Shown one piece after another: positions 55,699 to 64,000 of a stretch of 64,000 nucleotides of DNA. Within the stretch, counting starts at the first letter, position 1; each line of letters begins with the position of its first letter. The notes beneath the pieces were generated by a model. The model worked only from the letters and a program-made list of their open reading frames with translations, did not search any database and had not been told where the DNA came from. The position numbers and the translations under genes were made by a program. The stretch spans positions 10 through 64,009 of the forward strand of contig JACRIT010000049.1 of assembly GCA_016215655.1 (NCBI GenBank), in the 5' to 3' direction. The stretch comes from Acidimicrobiia bacterium (GTDB lineage Bacteria; Actinomycetota; Acidimicrobiia; Spongiisociales; UBA11373).

Positions 55699-56307
55699 TC
55701 ACGGCGCGCCGGGGGCGGAATCGATCGTGAGCCCACCGGTGAGCGAGGTCACCCGGACGAGTGAGTCGACCCGCCAACCGCGAGCCACCAACCGGTCGTG
55801 ACCCTCCATGAACGACTTCTCGATGACAAAGGCGAATCCCACCACCACGCACCGGGCCTCCTCGACGATCTCCCCGAGTGCCTCCGCGGTGCGACCGCCG
55901 GAAAGGAAGTCGTCGACGACGAGGACGCGCCTCCCGGGGGGGAGCAGGCGACGCGCCACCTCGACGCGGTACTCGGTGCCCTTCGTGGGGGAGGCCACCT
56001 CGCGCACGAAGGCGGGGCGCTCGGCAGTGGCATGGGGGAACTTCTTGGCGTAGAGCATGGGTGTGGCGAGATGGCGCGCCGTGGTGAGCGCCGGGGGAAT
56101 GCCGCTCGCCTCGGCGGTGAGCACGAGATCGATGCGCTCGGGCCTCCATCGTCCGGCGATATCGGCCCCGATGAGATCGAGCAGCTCCGGATCGACCTGG
56201 TGGTTGAGGAAGTCGTCGACCTTGACGAGGGAACCCTCCACCCGGCCGCGTTCCCGCACCGCCCGTTCCAGGGCGAGCGCTCCCGTGATGTCCGCGTGAG
56301 GAGACAT
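55699..56307 (-). CDS. xpt: Xanthine phosphoribosyltransferase
   Basis: LVKVDDFLNHQVDPELLDLIG and VLVVDDFLSGGRTAEA PRPP-binding motif; VIEKSF; length and order match Xpt. Confidence 0.85.
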   Translation of the reverse strand: MSPHADITGALALERAVRERGRVEGSLVKVDDFLNHQVDPELLDLIGADIAGRWRPERIDLVLTAEASGIPPALTTARHLATPMLYAKKFPHATAERPAFVREVASPTKGTEYRVEVARRLLPPGRRVLVVDDFLSGGRTAEALGEIVEEARCVVVGFAFVIEKSFMEGHDRLVARGWRVDSLVRVTSLTGGLTIDSAPGAP

Positions 56308-56353
56308 TGCGGCAGGGTACCCGCAGGGACGGCCCCGGTACCATCGCCCTTCC

Positions 56354-57049
56354 ATGAGCGTGACCCCGGAGGCGCGGCGCAATGCCCGCACGATCCTCGA
56401 TCGGCTCCGCCGCCGCTATCCGACGGTTCGCACCGCGCTCCACTTCGCCAGCCCCTGGCAGCTGCTCGTGGCGACGGTCCTCAGTGCCCAGACGACCGAC
56501 GACACGGTGAACCGCGTGGTGCCGGTGTTGTTCGAGCGGTGGCCGTCCCCCCATGAGCTCGCTGTCGCCGATCCCGAGGAGGTGGAGGCGGTGGTGCACC
56601 CCACGGGCTTCTTCCGCCAGAAGACCCGGGCGGTGATCGAGTTGTCGGCCGACCTCGTCGAGCGATTCGGCGGAATGGTGCCCGCCGATCTCGAGCGGCT
56701 GGTGAGCCTCAAGGGTGTGGGTCGCAAGACCGCAAGCGTGGTGCTCACCGAAGCCTTCGGCCTGCCCGCCATCGCCGTGGACACCCATGTCGGCCGTGTC
56801 ACCCGGCGTCTCGGTCTCACCGGCGAGGGGGATCCGGCCAAGGTCGAGGCGGCGCTGCGTGAGCTCTACCCGGAGTCGGCGTGGTCGGGGATCTCGATGC
56901 GCTTCATCCAGTTTGGGCGCGACACGTGCGATGCCCGCAAGCCGCGGTGCTACGACTGCGTCCTCCGCGATCGCTGCGCCTTTCCCGACAAACGGATGTC
57001 GCCGGACGCCCCGCCGGTGATGAGCCGCTCAGGCGCCGGCGAAGGGTGA
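56354..57049 (+). CDS. nth: Endonuclease III
   Basis: HhH-GPD motif LVSLKGVGRKTASVVL with catalytic Lys; C-terminal Fe-S cluster cysteines (C-x6-C-x2-C-x5-C). Confidence 0.9.
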   Translation: MSVTPEARRNARTILDRLRRRYPTVRTALHFASPWQLLVATVLSAQTTDDTVNRVVPVLFERWPSPHELAVADPEEVEAVVHPTGFFRQKTRAVIELSADLVERFGGMVPADLERLVSLKGVGRKTASVVLTEAFGLPAIAVDTHVGRVTRRLGLTGEGDPAKVEAALRELYPESAWSGISMRFIQFGRDTCDARKPRCYDCVLRDRCAFPDKRMSPDAPPVMSRSGAGEG

Positions 57050-58270
57050 GTCGCCCCCGACTTCGAGCGTGACGCCCCGGGTCTCGGGCAGGGGGATGAT
57101 GAACACCATGGCGGCGAGGACGAGGACGCCGAGTGCCGTCACCGTGCCCGAGATGCCCCACGCCTCGACGACGAACCGCCCGGCGGCGAATCCGAAGATG
57201 CCCCCGATGATCGACGCGTTCACGATCCAGGCGACCGCGGTGGCGCGCAGCGCCGTGGGGAAGAGCTCGACACGATGGGCGGCGAAGGCCGGTGCGAATG
57301 CAAACGCACCGAGATTCGAAAGGAGGATCCCGACGACCATCGGCCAGCCGCCGTCGACGAGGTAGAAGGCGAAGCCGCCACCGACACCGACGGTGAGGGC
57401 GAGCGCCTCGGTGGGACGGCGCCCGATGGCATCGGCGAGCCGCCCCCCGCCGAGGACCCCGAGGATCACCCCGGGGGCGCTGGTGGCGGCGACGACGAGC
57501 GAGGCGCCACCGGCGCCCCACCCCAGGTCCTGTTCGAGGCGGATCAGGGCGAGGTTGGCCGCCGGGGTGGTGAACGCGGAGACCGCAAAGGCCAGGGCCG
57601 CCAGCGGCCAGAACCGCCGCGCATGGGCCGAACGGAGCACTGCGGTGACCGAGACACGCGCCGGGGGCGCGACGAAGAGGCGCGACTCCTTGAGGCGCCG
57701 GGCGAGCAGCGGCAATCCCAGGAGCGGAATGGCGCTGAGCACGAAGAGCAGCCTCCAGCCGTCGCCGCTGCCGGCCCCGAGCGGCCGTAGCAGCAGGCCG
57801 AGTCCGGTGCCCATGGCGCCGACGAGCGCATAGGCGCCGACGGCATATCCCCGAACATCGGTGCCCACTTCCTCGCCGAGCACCACGAGCGCAAGGCCGC
57901 TCAGGGCGATGGTGCCGACCCTGGCCGCCGCTTGCGCCGCCGTCAGCCAGGCGGCACCCACCGACACCGCGCTCAGCAGGGTCGCCACCGGAAGTAGGGC
58001 GAAGGCAATGAGCAGAGGCAGGCGGCGACCGCGTCGATCACCCCACCAGGAGAAGGCGAGGGCGAACAGTGAGGTCACCCGGATCACGGTCATGAGGTCG
58101 AACACCGCGGCGTCGCTCAGGCGGTAGTCGTCCTGGACGAAGGGGAGGACGTGGGTGAGCGCCGCTCCGGTCCACCCCTGGGCGAGGGCGATGATCGAGA
58201 ACAGCGCCAGCGCGGTGATCTCGGCGCGCTGCAGGGGCCGCGAGGGCCGCAGGAACCCCCGGCTGCTCAC
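57029..58270 (-). CDS. MFS transporter
   Basis: Twelve TM helices; WGDRRGRR loop motif; GTG start overlapping the csaA stop (GTGA); the long upstream extension is Arg-rich artefact. Confidence 0.75.
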   Translation of the reverse strand: MSSRGFLRPSRPLQRAEITALALFSIIALAQGWTGAALTHVLPFVQDDYRLSDAAVFDLMTVIRVTSLFALAFSWWGDRRGRRLPLLIAFALLPVATLLSAVSVGAAWLTAAQAAARVGTIALSGLALVVLGEEVGTDVRGYAVGAYALVGAMGTGLGLLLRPLGAGSGDGWRLLFVLSAIPLLGLPLLARRLKESRLFVAPPARVSVTAVLRSAHARRFWPLAALAFAVSAFTTPAANLALIRLEQDLGWGAGGASLVVAATSAPGVILGVLGGGRLADAIGRRPTEALALTVGVGGGFAFYLVDGGWPMVVGILLSNLGAFAFAPAFAAHRVELFPTALRATAVAWIVNASIIGGIFGFAAGRFVVEAWGISGTVTALGVLVLAAMVFIIPLPETRGVTLEVGGDSPFAGA

Positions 58271-58593
58271 GCGACGGTGCTTCCCGGTGCGACCGGCCGA
58301 TCGGGTCGCAGCAGCACCACGCCGCCGTCGGTGATGACCCCGAGCACGAGGACGTCGGAGCGGAACCCGGCGACGTGGAGCGGATCGAATCCCGTGACCG
58401 CCACCACCTGGGTGCCGGGAAGGGAATCGGCGTCGTAGTGATCGGTGATCTTCGCCGAGGATTGCAGCACACCGAGGTCGCCGAAGTCGATCCAGAGGCG
58501 GAACGCGGGATGGTGGGCGGCCGTGTTGGGTTCGGCTCGTACCACGGTGCCGGCGCGCACTCGCAGGTCGTGCCAGTCGGCGATGGTGGGCAT
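58267..58593 (-). CDS. csaA: tRNA-binding protein (CsaA / EMAP-domain family)
   Basis: WHDLRVRAGTVV...AFRLWIDFGDLG...SAKIT...GTQVVAVTGF OB-fold tRNA-binding domain; 108 aa. Confidence 0.75.
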   Translation of the reverse strand: MPTIADWHDLRVRAGTVVRAEPNTAAHHPAFRLWIDFGDLGVLQSSAKITDHYDADSLPGTQVVAVTGFDPLHVAGFRSDVLVLGVITDGGVVLLRPDRPVAPGSTVA

Positions 58594-58673
58594 CGCGCGA
58601 CAATAGGGCGCGAGCCCACCGGAGCGCACTCGCCGCTCCGATAGCGTGGCCGCCTCGACCGGAGTGGAGCCTC

Positions 58674-59420
58674 GTGGAGATCGCCAGCGTCAACGTCCTC
58701 GCCGCCTTCGTCTTCGGGGCGCTGTCGTTCCTGTCGCCGTGCGTGCTCCCGCTGTTGCCGGGATACCTGTCGATGATGTCGGGCTACTCGGCGGCGGACC
58801 TCGCCGACGGCAAGGCCTCACTCGGGCGCATGCTCCGGGTGACGCTCTTCTTCGTCGCCGGGTTCACCATCGTCTTCGTGACCCTGGGAGCGACCGCGAC
58901 CGCCCTCGGTCGGAACCTGCTGCGCAACCAGGGCACCATCACCGCGGTGGCTGGCTGGATCGTGGTGGTCTTCGGCGTCTTCATCGCGGTGAGTGCGGTA
59001 TGGAACCCGCGGCTCCTCCTGCCCTTCATGCGGGAGCGGCGCCTCGAGGTCCGACCTTCAAGGCTGGGCGCGTGGGCGCCGCCGGTGATGGGAGTCGCCT
59101 TCGGGTTCGCCTGGACACCATGCATCGGTCCGACCCTCGCCGCCATCCTCCCCGTCGCCGGAACGCAGGAGACGGTGGCCGAGGGGATGTTCCTGCTGTT
59201 CGTGTACTCCATGGGCCTCGGCGTGCCGTTCGTGGTCGCCGGTCTCCTTATGACTCGCACCTACTCGGCGTTCGGATGGTTCAAGCGGCACTTCACCGCA
59301 ATCACCGTGGCCTCGGGCGTGTTGCTGGCGGCGTTCGGAGTGCTCATGGTCACCGGGCGCCTGGTCGCTCTGAATCGGTGGTTCCAGGAGATCCTTCCCT
59401 CGTTCTTCTGGGACGTGTAG
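58674..59420 (+). CDS. ccdA: Cytochrome c-type biogenesis / disulfide-transfer membrane protein CcdA (DsbD family)
   Basis: LSFLSPCVLPLLPGYLS and WTPCIGPTLAAIL paired-Cys motifs; six TM helices. Confidence 0.8.
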   Translation: MEIASVNVLAAFVFGALSFLSPCVLPLLPGYLSMMSGYSAADLADGKASLGRMLRVTLFFVAGFTIVFVTLGATATALGRNLLRNQGTITAVAGWIVVVFGVFIAVSAVWNPRLLLPFMRERRLEVRPSRLGAWAPPVMGVAFGFAWTPCIGPTLAAILPVAGTQETVAEGMFLLFVYSMGLGVPFVVAGLLMTRTYSAFGWFKRHFTAITVASGVLLAAFGVLMVTGRLVALNRWFQEILPSFFWDV

Positions 59421-59494
59421 CTGACGGCTCACAGCTGACAGGTCCGGGTGTCGGGCATCGGGTATCGGGCATCGGACCTCTAGCCTCGCGGGAC

Positions 59495-60376
59495 ATGGAC
59501 TCCGACTTCCTCACTCCGGGTGTCGGTCTCGCCACCGACGCTCTCATCTGGGTCGAGGGACCCGACGCCGTCTCCTTCCTCGATGGCCAGCTCAGCCAGG
59601 ATGTGGCCGGGATGGAGCCGGGGTCGGTGCGTCGCTCCTTCCTCCTGGAACCGCGGGGCAAGCTGCGCGCCCTGCTCTGGGCGTTGCGCGGCACCGATCG
59701 AGTCGGACTCATGACCGCGGCCGACCGTGGCGACGAGGTGGTGGCCGACCTCGAGCGGTTCCGCTTCCGGGTGCAGGCGATGCTGCGGAAGGACTTGCGC
59801 CCGGTGCACTCGGTGTGGGGGAGTGACGGCGCCGGCTCCGGCCGGTGGGGGGACGACGGCGTGACCCTCGTCGCAGCTCCTTCGGCGGGGGCGAGCCGGT
59901 TCGTCGCCGCGACGACACCGCCCGCCGGCGCGATCCTCGACCACGGCACCCTCGACGCACACCGGGTCGCCGCGGGTGAGCCCCGATTCGGGGTGGACGT
60001 GGACGAAGCGACCATCCCCCAGGAGACCGGACTCGTTCCTGAAGCGGTGTCGTTCACCAAGGGCTGTTACCTCGGCCAGGAGCTGGTGGCCCGGATCGAT
60101 AGCCGGGGCCATGTCAATCGGATGCTGCGCCGGATCCGTGGCAGCGGAGAGGTGCCGCCGCCCGGTGCCACGGTGAGTGCCGCCGGGCCGGTAGGGACGC
60201 TCGGCACCGTGGCGCCGCGCCGTGATGGCTGGTGGGCGCTCGGACTGCTGCGGCGCGAGGCCGGACCCGGGACTCGGGTGACGGTGCGGTGGGATGGCGG
60301 CGAGGCGGAGGGGGCGGTCGCGGAGATCGTGCGCAGCGACGATCCTTCACACCCTTCGAACACCTCGTCATCATGA
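59495..60376 (+). CDS. ygfZ: YgfZ / CAF17-family folate-binding protein (GcvT-like)
   Basis: VSFTKGCYLGQELVAR matches the KGC(Y/F)xGQE family signature; aminomethyltransferase-like fold. Confidence 0.75.
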   Translation: MDSDFLTPGVGLATDALIWVEGPDAVSFLDGQLSQDVAGMEPGSVRRSFLLEPRGKLRALLWALRGTDRVGLMTAADRGDEVVADLERFRFRVQAMLRKDLRPVHSVWGSDGAGSGRWGDDGVTLVAAPSAGASRFVAATTPPAGAILDHGTLDAHRVAAGEPRFGVDVDEATIPQETGLVPEAVSFTKGCYLGQELVARIDSRGHVNRMLRRIRGSGEVPPPGATVSAAGPVGTLGTVAPRRDGWWALGLLRREAGPGTRVTVRWDGGEAEGAVAEIVRSDDPSHPSNTSSS

Positions 60377-60383
60377 TGCCGGG

Positions 60384-61064
60384 ATGACCACGCAGCGACG
60401 GGGCACCGTGCTCCTCATCGAGGACGAGGACGCCATCGCCGACCTCCTTCGCATGTACTGCGAGCAGGAGGGCTTCCGCCTGGTGCATGCCGCCAACGGG
60501 GAGCGCGGCATCGAGGCGGTTCGGGAGCGAGATCCTCGCGCCGTGCTCCTCGACATCGGCCTTCCCGGCATCGACGGCATCGAGACCTGTCGGCGCATCC
60601 GTGCCATCTCGGATGTGCCGATCATCATGCTCACGGCTCGCGACGACGAAGTGGACAAGATCGTGGGGCTCGAGGTCGGTGCCGACGACTATGTCACCAA
60701 ACCGTTCTCCCCGCGCGAGGTGGTGGCGCGCATCAAGGCCGTGCTGCGCCGCGCCGACGAACCGGCCCGGGTGGCCGCGGTGATCACGATCGGCGACTGG
60801 GACATCGACTCGGGACGGCGCGAGGTGCGTCACGGACCCGACGGGGTCTATCGGCCCACCGCCCGGGAGTTCGACCTGCTGTGGTACCTCGCCGAGAACC
60901 GCGGGTTGGTGCTGTCGCGAGCCCAGATCCTCGAGTCGGTGTGGGGGTACGACTATCTGGGTGAGACCCGCACCGTCGATGTGCATGTCAGGCAACTGCG
61001 CAAGAAGATTCCGGGCATCCCCATCGAGACGGCGTGGGGGGTCGGCTACCGGTTCGAGGGATAG
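60384..61064 (+). CDS. OmpR-family response regulator
   Basis: Receiver domain (LLIEDEDAI...LLDIGLPGIDG...MLTARDD) and winged-helix output domain (VHVRQLRKKI...GVGYRF). Confidence 0.9.
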   Translation: MTTQRRGTVLLIEDEDAIADLLRMYCEQEGFRLVHAANGERGIEAVRERDPRAVLLDIGLPGIDGIETCRRIRAISDVPIIMLTARDDEVDKIVGLEVGADDYVTKPFSPREVVARIKAVLRRADEPARVAAVITIGDWDIDSGRREVRHGPDGVYRPTAREFDLLWYLAENRGLVLSRAQILESVWGYDYLGETRTVDVHVRQLRKKIPGIPIETAWGVGYRFEG

Positions 61065-62480
61065 ATGCGCCGCCGGTTCTTCTGGGGAATGGTGGCCGTC
61101 GCGGTCGCCACGCTGCTCGTCGGCGGACTGACCGCGGCGGTGCTGGTGAGTCGATCGGTGGAGGCGTCGGCGCGAACGGAGTTCGCCCGGCAGGCCGCCG
61201 CCACGGCGCGGCTCATCGAGGCCGAGCTTCCTCCCGGGGCGGCGGGTCGGATCCTCGAAGGAGCCCGTCTCGTGCAGATCCTTCGGGAGGTGGCCCTGGT
61301 CGGAGGCCACGAATTCGTGGAAGCCGCCGTGGTCGGGCCGCGCGGTGCGGTCACCGTGCTCGGGGAGAAGCGGGTGCTCATCGACCAGGTGCCGGACCTC
61401 ACCGGGCTCACCGTCGCCGTGTCGTTCGATGCCGACGTCGATGGGTCCTCGGTCACCGCGGTGGCGCAGCCGTTCCGCCTCGGGGAGCGCGGCACGCTCG
61501 TCGTGGTGATCGGCACGAGTCTCGAGCTGATCCCATGGCGGCAGGTGCTGCTCCGGTTCGTGTGGGCGCTCGGTCTCGCCCTGATCCTGGCGGCGGTGCT
61601 GGCGGCTTCACTCAGTCGGTTCGCCGGCAGGCGGGTGGCGGCGCTGCAGGCCGCCTCGCAGGCGCTGGCCGCAGGGGACCTCACCGCGCGCGTTCCCGCC
61701 GACGGACACGACGAGCTCACCGATATGGCGGTGGCCTTCAACGAGATGGCGGCACAGCTGGAGGGGGCGCGCCGTCGCGAGCGGGAGTTCCTCGTCGCCG
61801 TGGGACACGACCTCCGTACCCCGCTCACCACCATCGCCGGATATGCCGAGGCGATGGAGGAGGGGAGAGTGCCGCCCGGGGACCTCGACCGCGTCGCCGG
61901 GGTGCTCGGTGCCGAGTCGACGCGTCTGCAGCGGCTGGTGGAGGACCTCATGCTGCTCTCCCGCATCGAGGCTCCCGAGTTCACCCTCCGTCCCGAGCCG
62001 GTGGCACTTGCCGCCCACCTGCGCGGGGTGCTCGAGGCGTTTCGCGCCAGGGCGGAGACCGCGCGGGTCCGTCTCAGCGATGCCATCGAAGAGGTGGGGA
62101 CGGTGGTGCTCGATCCCGACCGTATCGCCCAGGTGGTGGGCAACCTCATGGAGAACGCCCTCCGCTACACCCCGGAGGCGGGCACGGTGGCCCTTGCCCT
62201 GGGTCGCGCCGAGGGGGGAGTGGTGATCGCGGTCACCGACAGCGGTCCCGGAATCGATCCGACCGATGTCCCCCACGTCTTCGAGCGGCTCTATGTGGCG
62301 ACCCGCTACCGCCCGGTGCGTCCCGAGGGCAGCGGCCTGGGCCTGTCCATCGTGCGCCAGCTGGTGACCGCCATGGGGGGCCGGGCCGAGGTGGACAGCA
62401 GTCCTGGCACCGGGACCACGATCCGGGTCGTGCTCCCAACGGGCACGTCGCTCTCCGGGGGCGCGGGGGCGCGGCCCTAG
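61065..62480 (+). CDS. Sensor histidine kinase (two TM, HAMP, HisKA, HATPase_c)
   Basis: ATG directly after the regulator's TAG; H-box VGHDLRTPLTTIAGYAE; N, G1 and G2 boxes (NLMENALRYTP; DSGPGID; GSGLGLSIV). Confidence 0.85.
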   Translation: MRRRFFWGMVAVAVATLLVGGLTAAVLVSRSVEASARTEFARQAAATARLIEAELPPGAAGRILEGARLVQILREVALVGGHEFVEAAVVGPRGAVTVLGEKRVLIDQVPDLTGLTVAVSFDADVDGSSVTAVAQPFRLGERGTLVVVIGTSLELIPWRQVLLRFVWALGLALILAAVLAASLSRFAGRRVAALQAASQALAAGDLTARVPADGHDELTDMAVAFNEMAAQLEGARRREREFLVAVGHDLRTPLTTIAGYAEAMEEGRVPPGDLDRVAGVLGAESTRLQRLVEDLMLLSRIEAPEFTLRPEPVALAAHLRGVLEAFRARAETARVRLSDAIEEVGTVVLDPDRIAQVVGNLMENALRYTPEAGTVALALGRAEGGVVIAVTDSGPGIDPTDVPHVFERLYVATRYRPVRPEGSGLGLSIVRQLVTAMGGRAEVDSSPGTGTTIRVVLPTGTSLSGGAGARP

Positions 62481-62489
62481 CCTGGGGCC

Positions 62490-64000
62490 ATGACCGATTT
62501 CCTCCGCATCGCCGGCGCCCAGGTCGATCTCACCGTGGGCGACTTGGACGGGAACACCGAGATCATTCGGCAGGCGATGACCTGGGCCGAGGAGTGCGAG
62601 GCGGACGTCCTCTTGCTCCCCGAACTGGCGATCACCGGCTATCCACCGGAAGATCTCGTGCTGCGCGACGCCTTCGTCACCGCCAACATCGCGGCGCTCC
62701 ATCGGCTTGCGGAGCACTCGGGATCGACCACGACGGTGGTGGGCTTCGTGGACCGCTCCTCGCTCCCGCCCGACGATGCCGGCCACATCCGGGTGCACAA
62801 CGCCGCCGCCCTGCTCCAGGCAGGTCGGGTTCGTGGCATCTACCACAAGTGCCGTCTGCCCAACTACGGCGTGTTCGACGAAGACCGCTACTTCTCTCCG
62901 GGCCTCAAGCCCGGGGCGCTGTGGGAGATCAACGGTGTCGTGGTGGGCGTTTCGGTGTGCGAGGACATCTGGGTGCCCGATGGTCCGCCGGCGGTGCAGG
63001 CCGCAGCCGGCGCCGACATCCTCCTCAACATCAATGGCTCCCCGTATCACCGTGGCAAGAGCGCGGAGCGCGCCGCGATGCTCTCCACCCGGGCTCGCGC
63101 CGCCGGGGTGCCGGTGGTGTACCTCAACCTCGTCGGCGGACAGGACGAACTCGTCTTCGACGGCGGCAGCATGGTGTTCGATTCCGAAGGGGCGCTGCTC
63201 TATCGGGCGCCGTTGTTCGCCGAGGAGCGGTTCTGGATCGACGTCCCCCTTCCCGCGGAGGGACGCACCGGGGTCGAGGCCACGGTGGTCTCCTCGGGCG
63301 ATCTCCTCGAGGGCGACCCCGAGCCGCCGCCACCGACGCACGAACCACTTGATGACATCGCCGAGGTCTATCAGGCGCTGGTGTGCGGGTTGCGGGGCTA
63401 TACCCGCAAGAACGGCTTCAAGGGGGTGGTGATCGGGCTCTCGGGCGGGATCGACTCGGCGCTGACGGCCACCATCGCCGCCGATGCCCTCGGACCGGAC
63501 TGGGTGTGGGGGGTGACCATGCCCTCGCGCTACTCGAGTCCGGGCTCGGTCGACGACTCGCGCGCCCTCGCCACCAACCTGGGGATCCGCTTCGACGAGA
63601 TCCCCATCGAACCGCCCTTCGTCGGGTTCCTCGACACCCTCGGGCCGGTGTTCGCCGGATCGGCATCCGATGTCACCGAGGAGAACCTGCAGGCCCGGAT
63701 CCGCGGCGCGATCCTCATGGCGCTCTCCAACAAGTTCGGCACCATGGTGGTGGCCACCGGCAACAAATCGGAGATGTCGGTCGGTTACTCCACCATCTAC
63801 GGCGACATGGTCGGCGGCTACTCGGTGCTCATCGACGTGTGGAAGACCCTCGTGTACGACCTGGCCCGGTGGCGCAACCGCGACGGCGAGGTGATCCCGC
63901 AGGCCACCATGGACAAGCCGCCCTCGGCAGAGCTCCGTCCCGGGCAACTCGACACCGACTCACTGCCCCCCTATCCGGTGCTCGACCAGATCCTCCAGGC
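62490..64000 (+). CDS. nadE: Glutamine-dependent NAD+ synthetase (nitrilase and synthetase domains), 3' end beyond the window
   Basis: N-terminal CN-hydrolase domain (LLLPELAITGYPPEDL, CEDIWVP catalytic Cys), then the P-loop SGGIDSAL of the NAD synthetase domain; the frame stays open to 64000. Confidence 0.9.
   Translation, partial: MTDFLRIAGAQVDLTVGDLDGNTEIIRQAMTWAEECEADVLLLPELAITGYPPEDLVLRDAFVTANIAALHRLAEHSGSTTTVVGFVDRSSLPPDDAGHIRVHNAAALLQAGRVRGIYHKCRLPNYGVFDEDRYFSPGLKPGALWEINGVVVGVSVCEDIWVPDGPPAVQAAAGADILLNINGSPYHRGKSAERAAMLSTRARAAGVPVVYLNLVGGQDELVFDGGSMVFDSEGALLYRAPLFAEERFWIDVPLPAEGRTGVEATVVSSGDLLEGDPEPPPPTHEPLDDIAEVYQALVCGLRGYTRKNGFKGVVIGLSGGIDSALTATIAADALGPDWVWGVTMPSRYSSPGSVDDSRALATNLGIRFDEIPIEPPFVGFLDTLGPVFAGSASDVTEENLQARIRGAILMALSNKFGTMVVATGNKSEMSVGYSTIYGDMVGGYSVLIDVWKTLVYDLARWRNRDGEVIPQATMDKPPSAELRPGQLDTDSLPPYPVLDQILQ

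Noticed and set aside
61034-63352. 772-aa plus-strand and 779-aa minus-strand (61608-63947) ORFs over the histidine kinase / nadE region
   Set aside because: Both are Arg/Gly/Pro-dominated with no motifs; the same DNA encodes a histidine kinase with H, N, G1 and G2 boxes and an NAD synthetase with a CN-hydrolase catalytic triad in other frames
62707-63432. 241-aa plus-strand ORF inside nadE
   Set aside because: It is out of frame relative to the clearly recognisable NadE reading frame (62490 onward), which the ORF track omitted because it has no stop inside the window
1-64000. CRISPR arrays, rRNA or tRNA genes, intact IS elements or prophage
   Set aside because: No arrays of evenly spaced direct repeats with unique spacers; no sequence resembling rRNA or tRNA cloverleaf regions in any intergenic gap; no transposase or integrase ORF; the only recombinase-like ORF is a truncated catalytic-domain fragment without terminal inverted repeats

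Overview
This is a high-GC (about 70% G+C) actinobacterial-type chromosomal segment made almost entirely of conserved housekeeping genes, nearly all translationally coupled. Left to right: an AT-rich promoter gap; a ROK-family sugar kinase; a DUF1232 protein and a LiaF-like membrane protein; a FAS-II cluster (fabD-fabH-fabG-acpP-fabF); a minus-strand operon (thioesterase, two membrane proteins, histidine phosphatase); dinB; a DUF3040 protein and a MerR-family regulator; the MoxR-DUF58-TgpA operon; a small accessory-looking island (Pro-rich hypothetical with a near-consensus promoter, truncated serine-recombinase-like gene, HNH endonuclease, LapA-like protein); an SDR oxidoreductase; a complete dcw cluster (mraZ, rsmH, ftsL, ftsI, murE, murF, mraY, murD, ftsW, murG, murC, murB, ftsQ, ftsZ, pgeF, yggS, sepF, yggT); a convergent ileS preceded by an Ile T-box leader that appears to sequester the ribosome-binding site; a DUF167 (YggU-like) protein, a DksA/TraR-family zinc-finger protein, lspA and rluD; two tandem phosphofructokinases with a convergent DUF2090 aldolase-like gene; dnaE; two tandem ArsA/Get3-like ATPases; a fused double ThyX-like protein; membrane transporters; xpt; nth; an MFS transporter; csaA; ccdA; ygfZ; an OmpR-type response regulator with its histidine kinase; and the 5' part of nadE. 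No rRNA, tRNA, CRISPR array or intact transposon is visible. Most long alternative-frame ORFs in the supplied track are high-GC artefacts. The most unusual material is at 15.9-18.2 kb (the island), the ileS T-box leader, the ftsL-ftsI intergenic repeats, the fused ThyX-like gene, and the PFK/aldolase and ArsA-pair neighbourhoods. I found no single well-supported undescribed multi-gene system; the 15.9-18.2 kb island is the best candidate.
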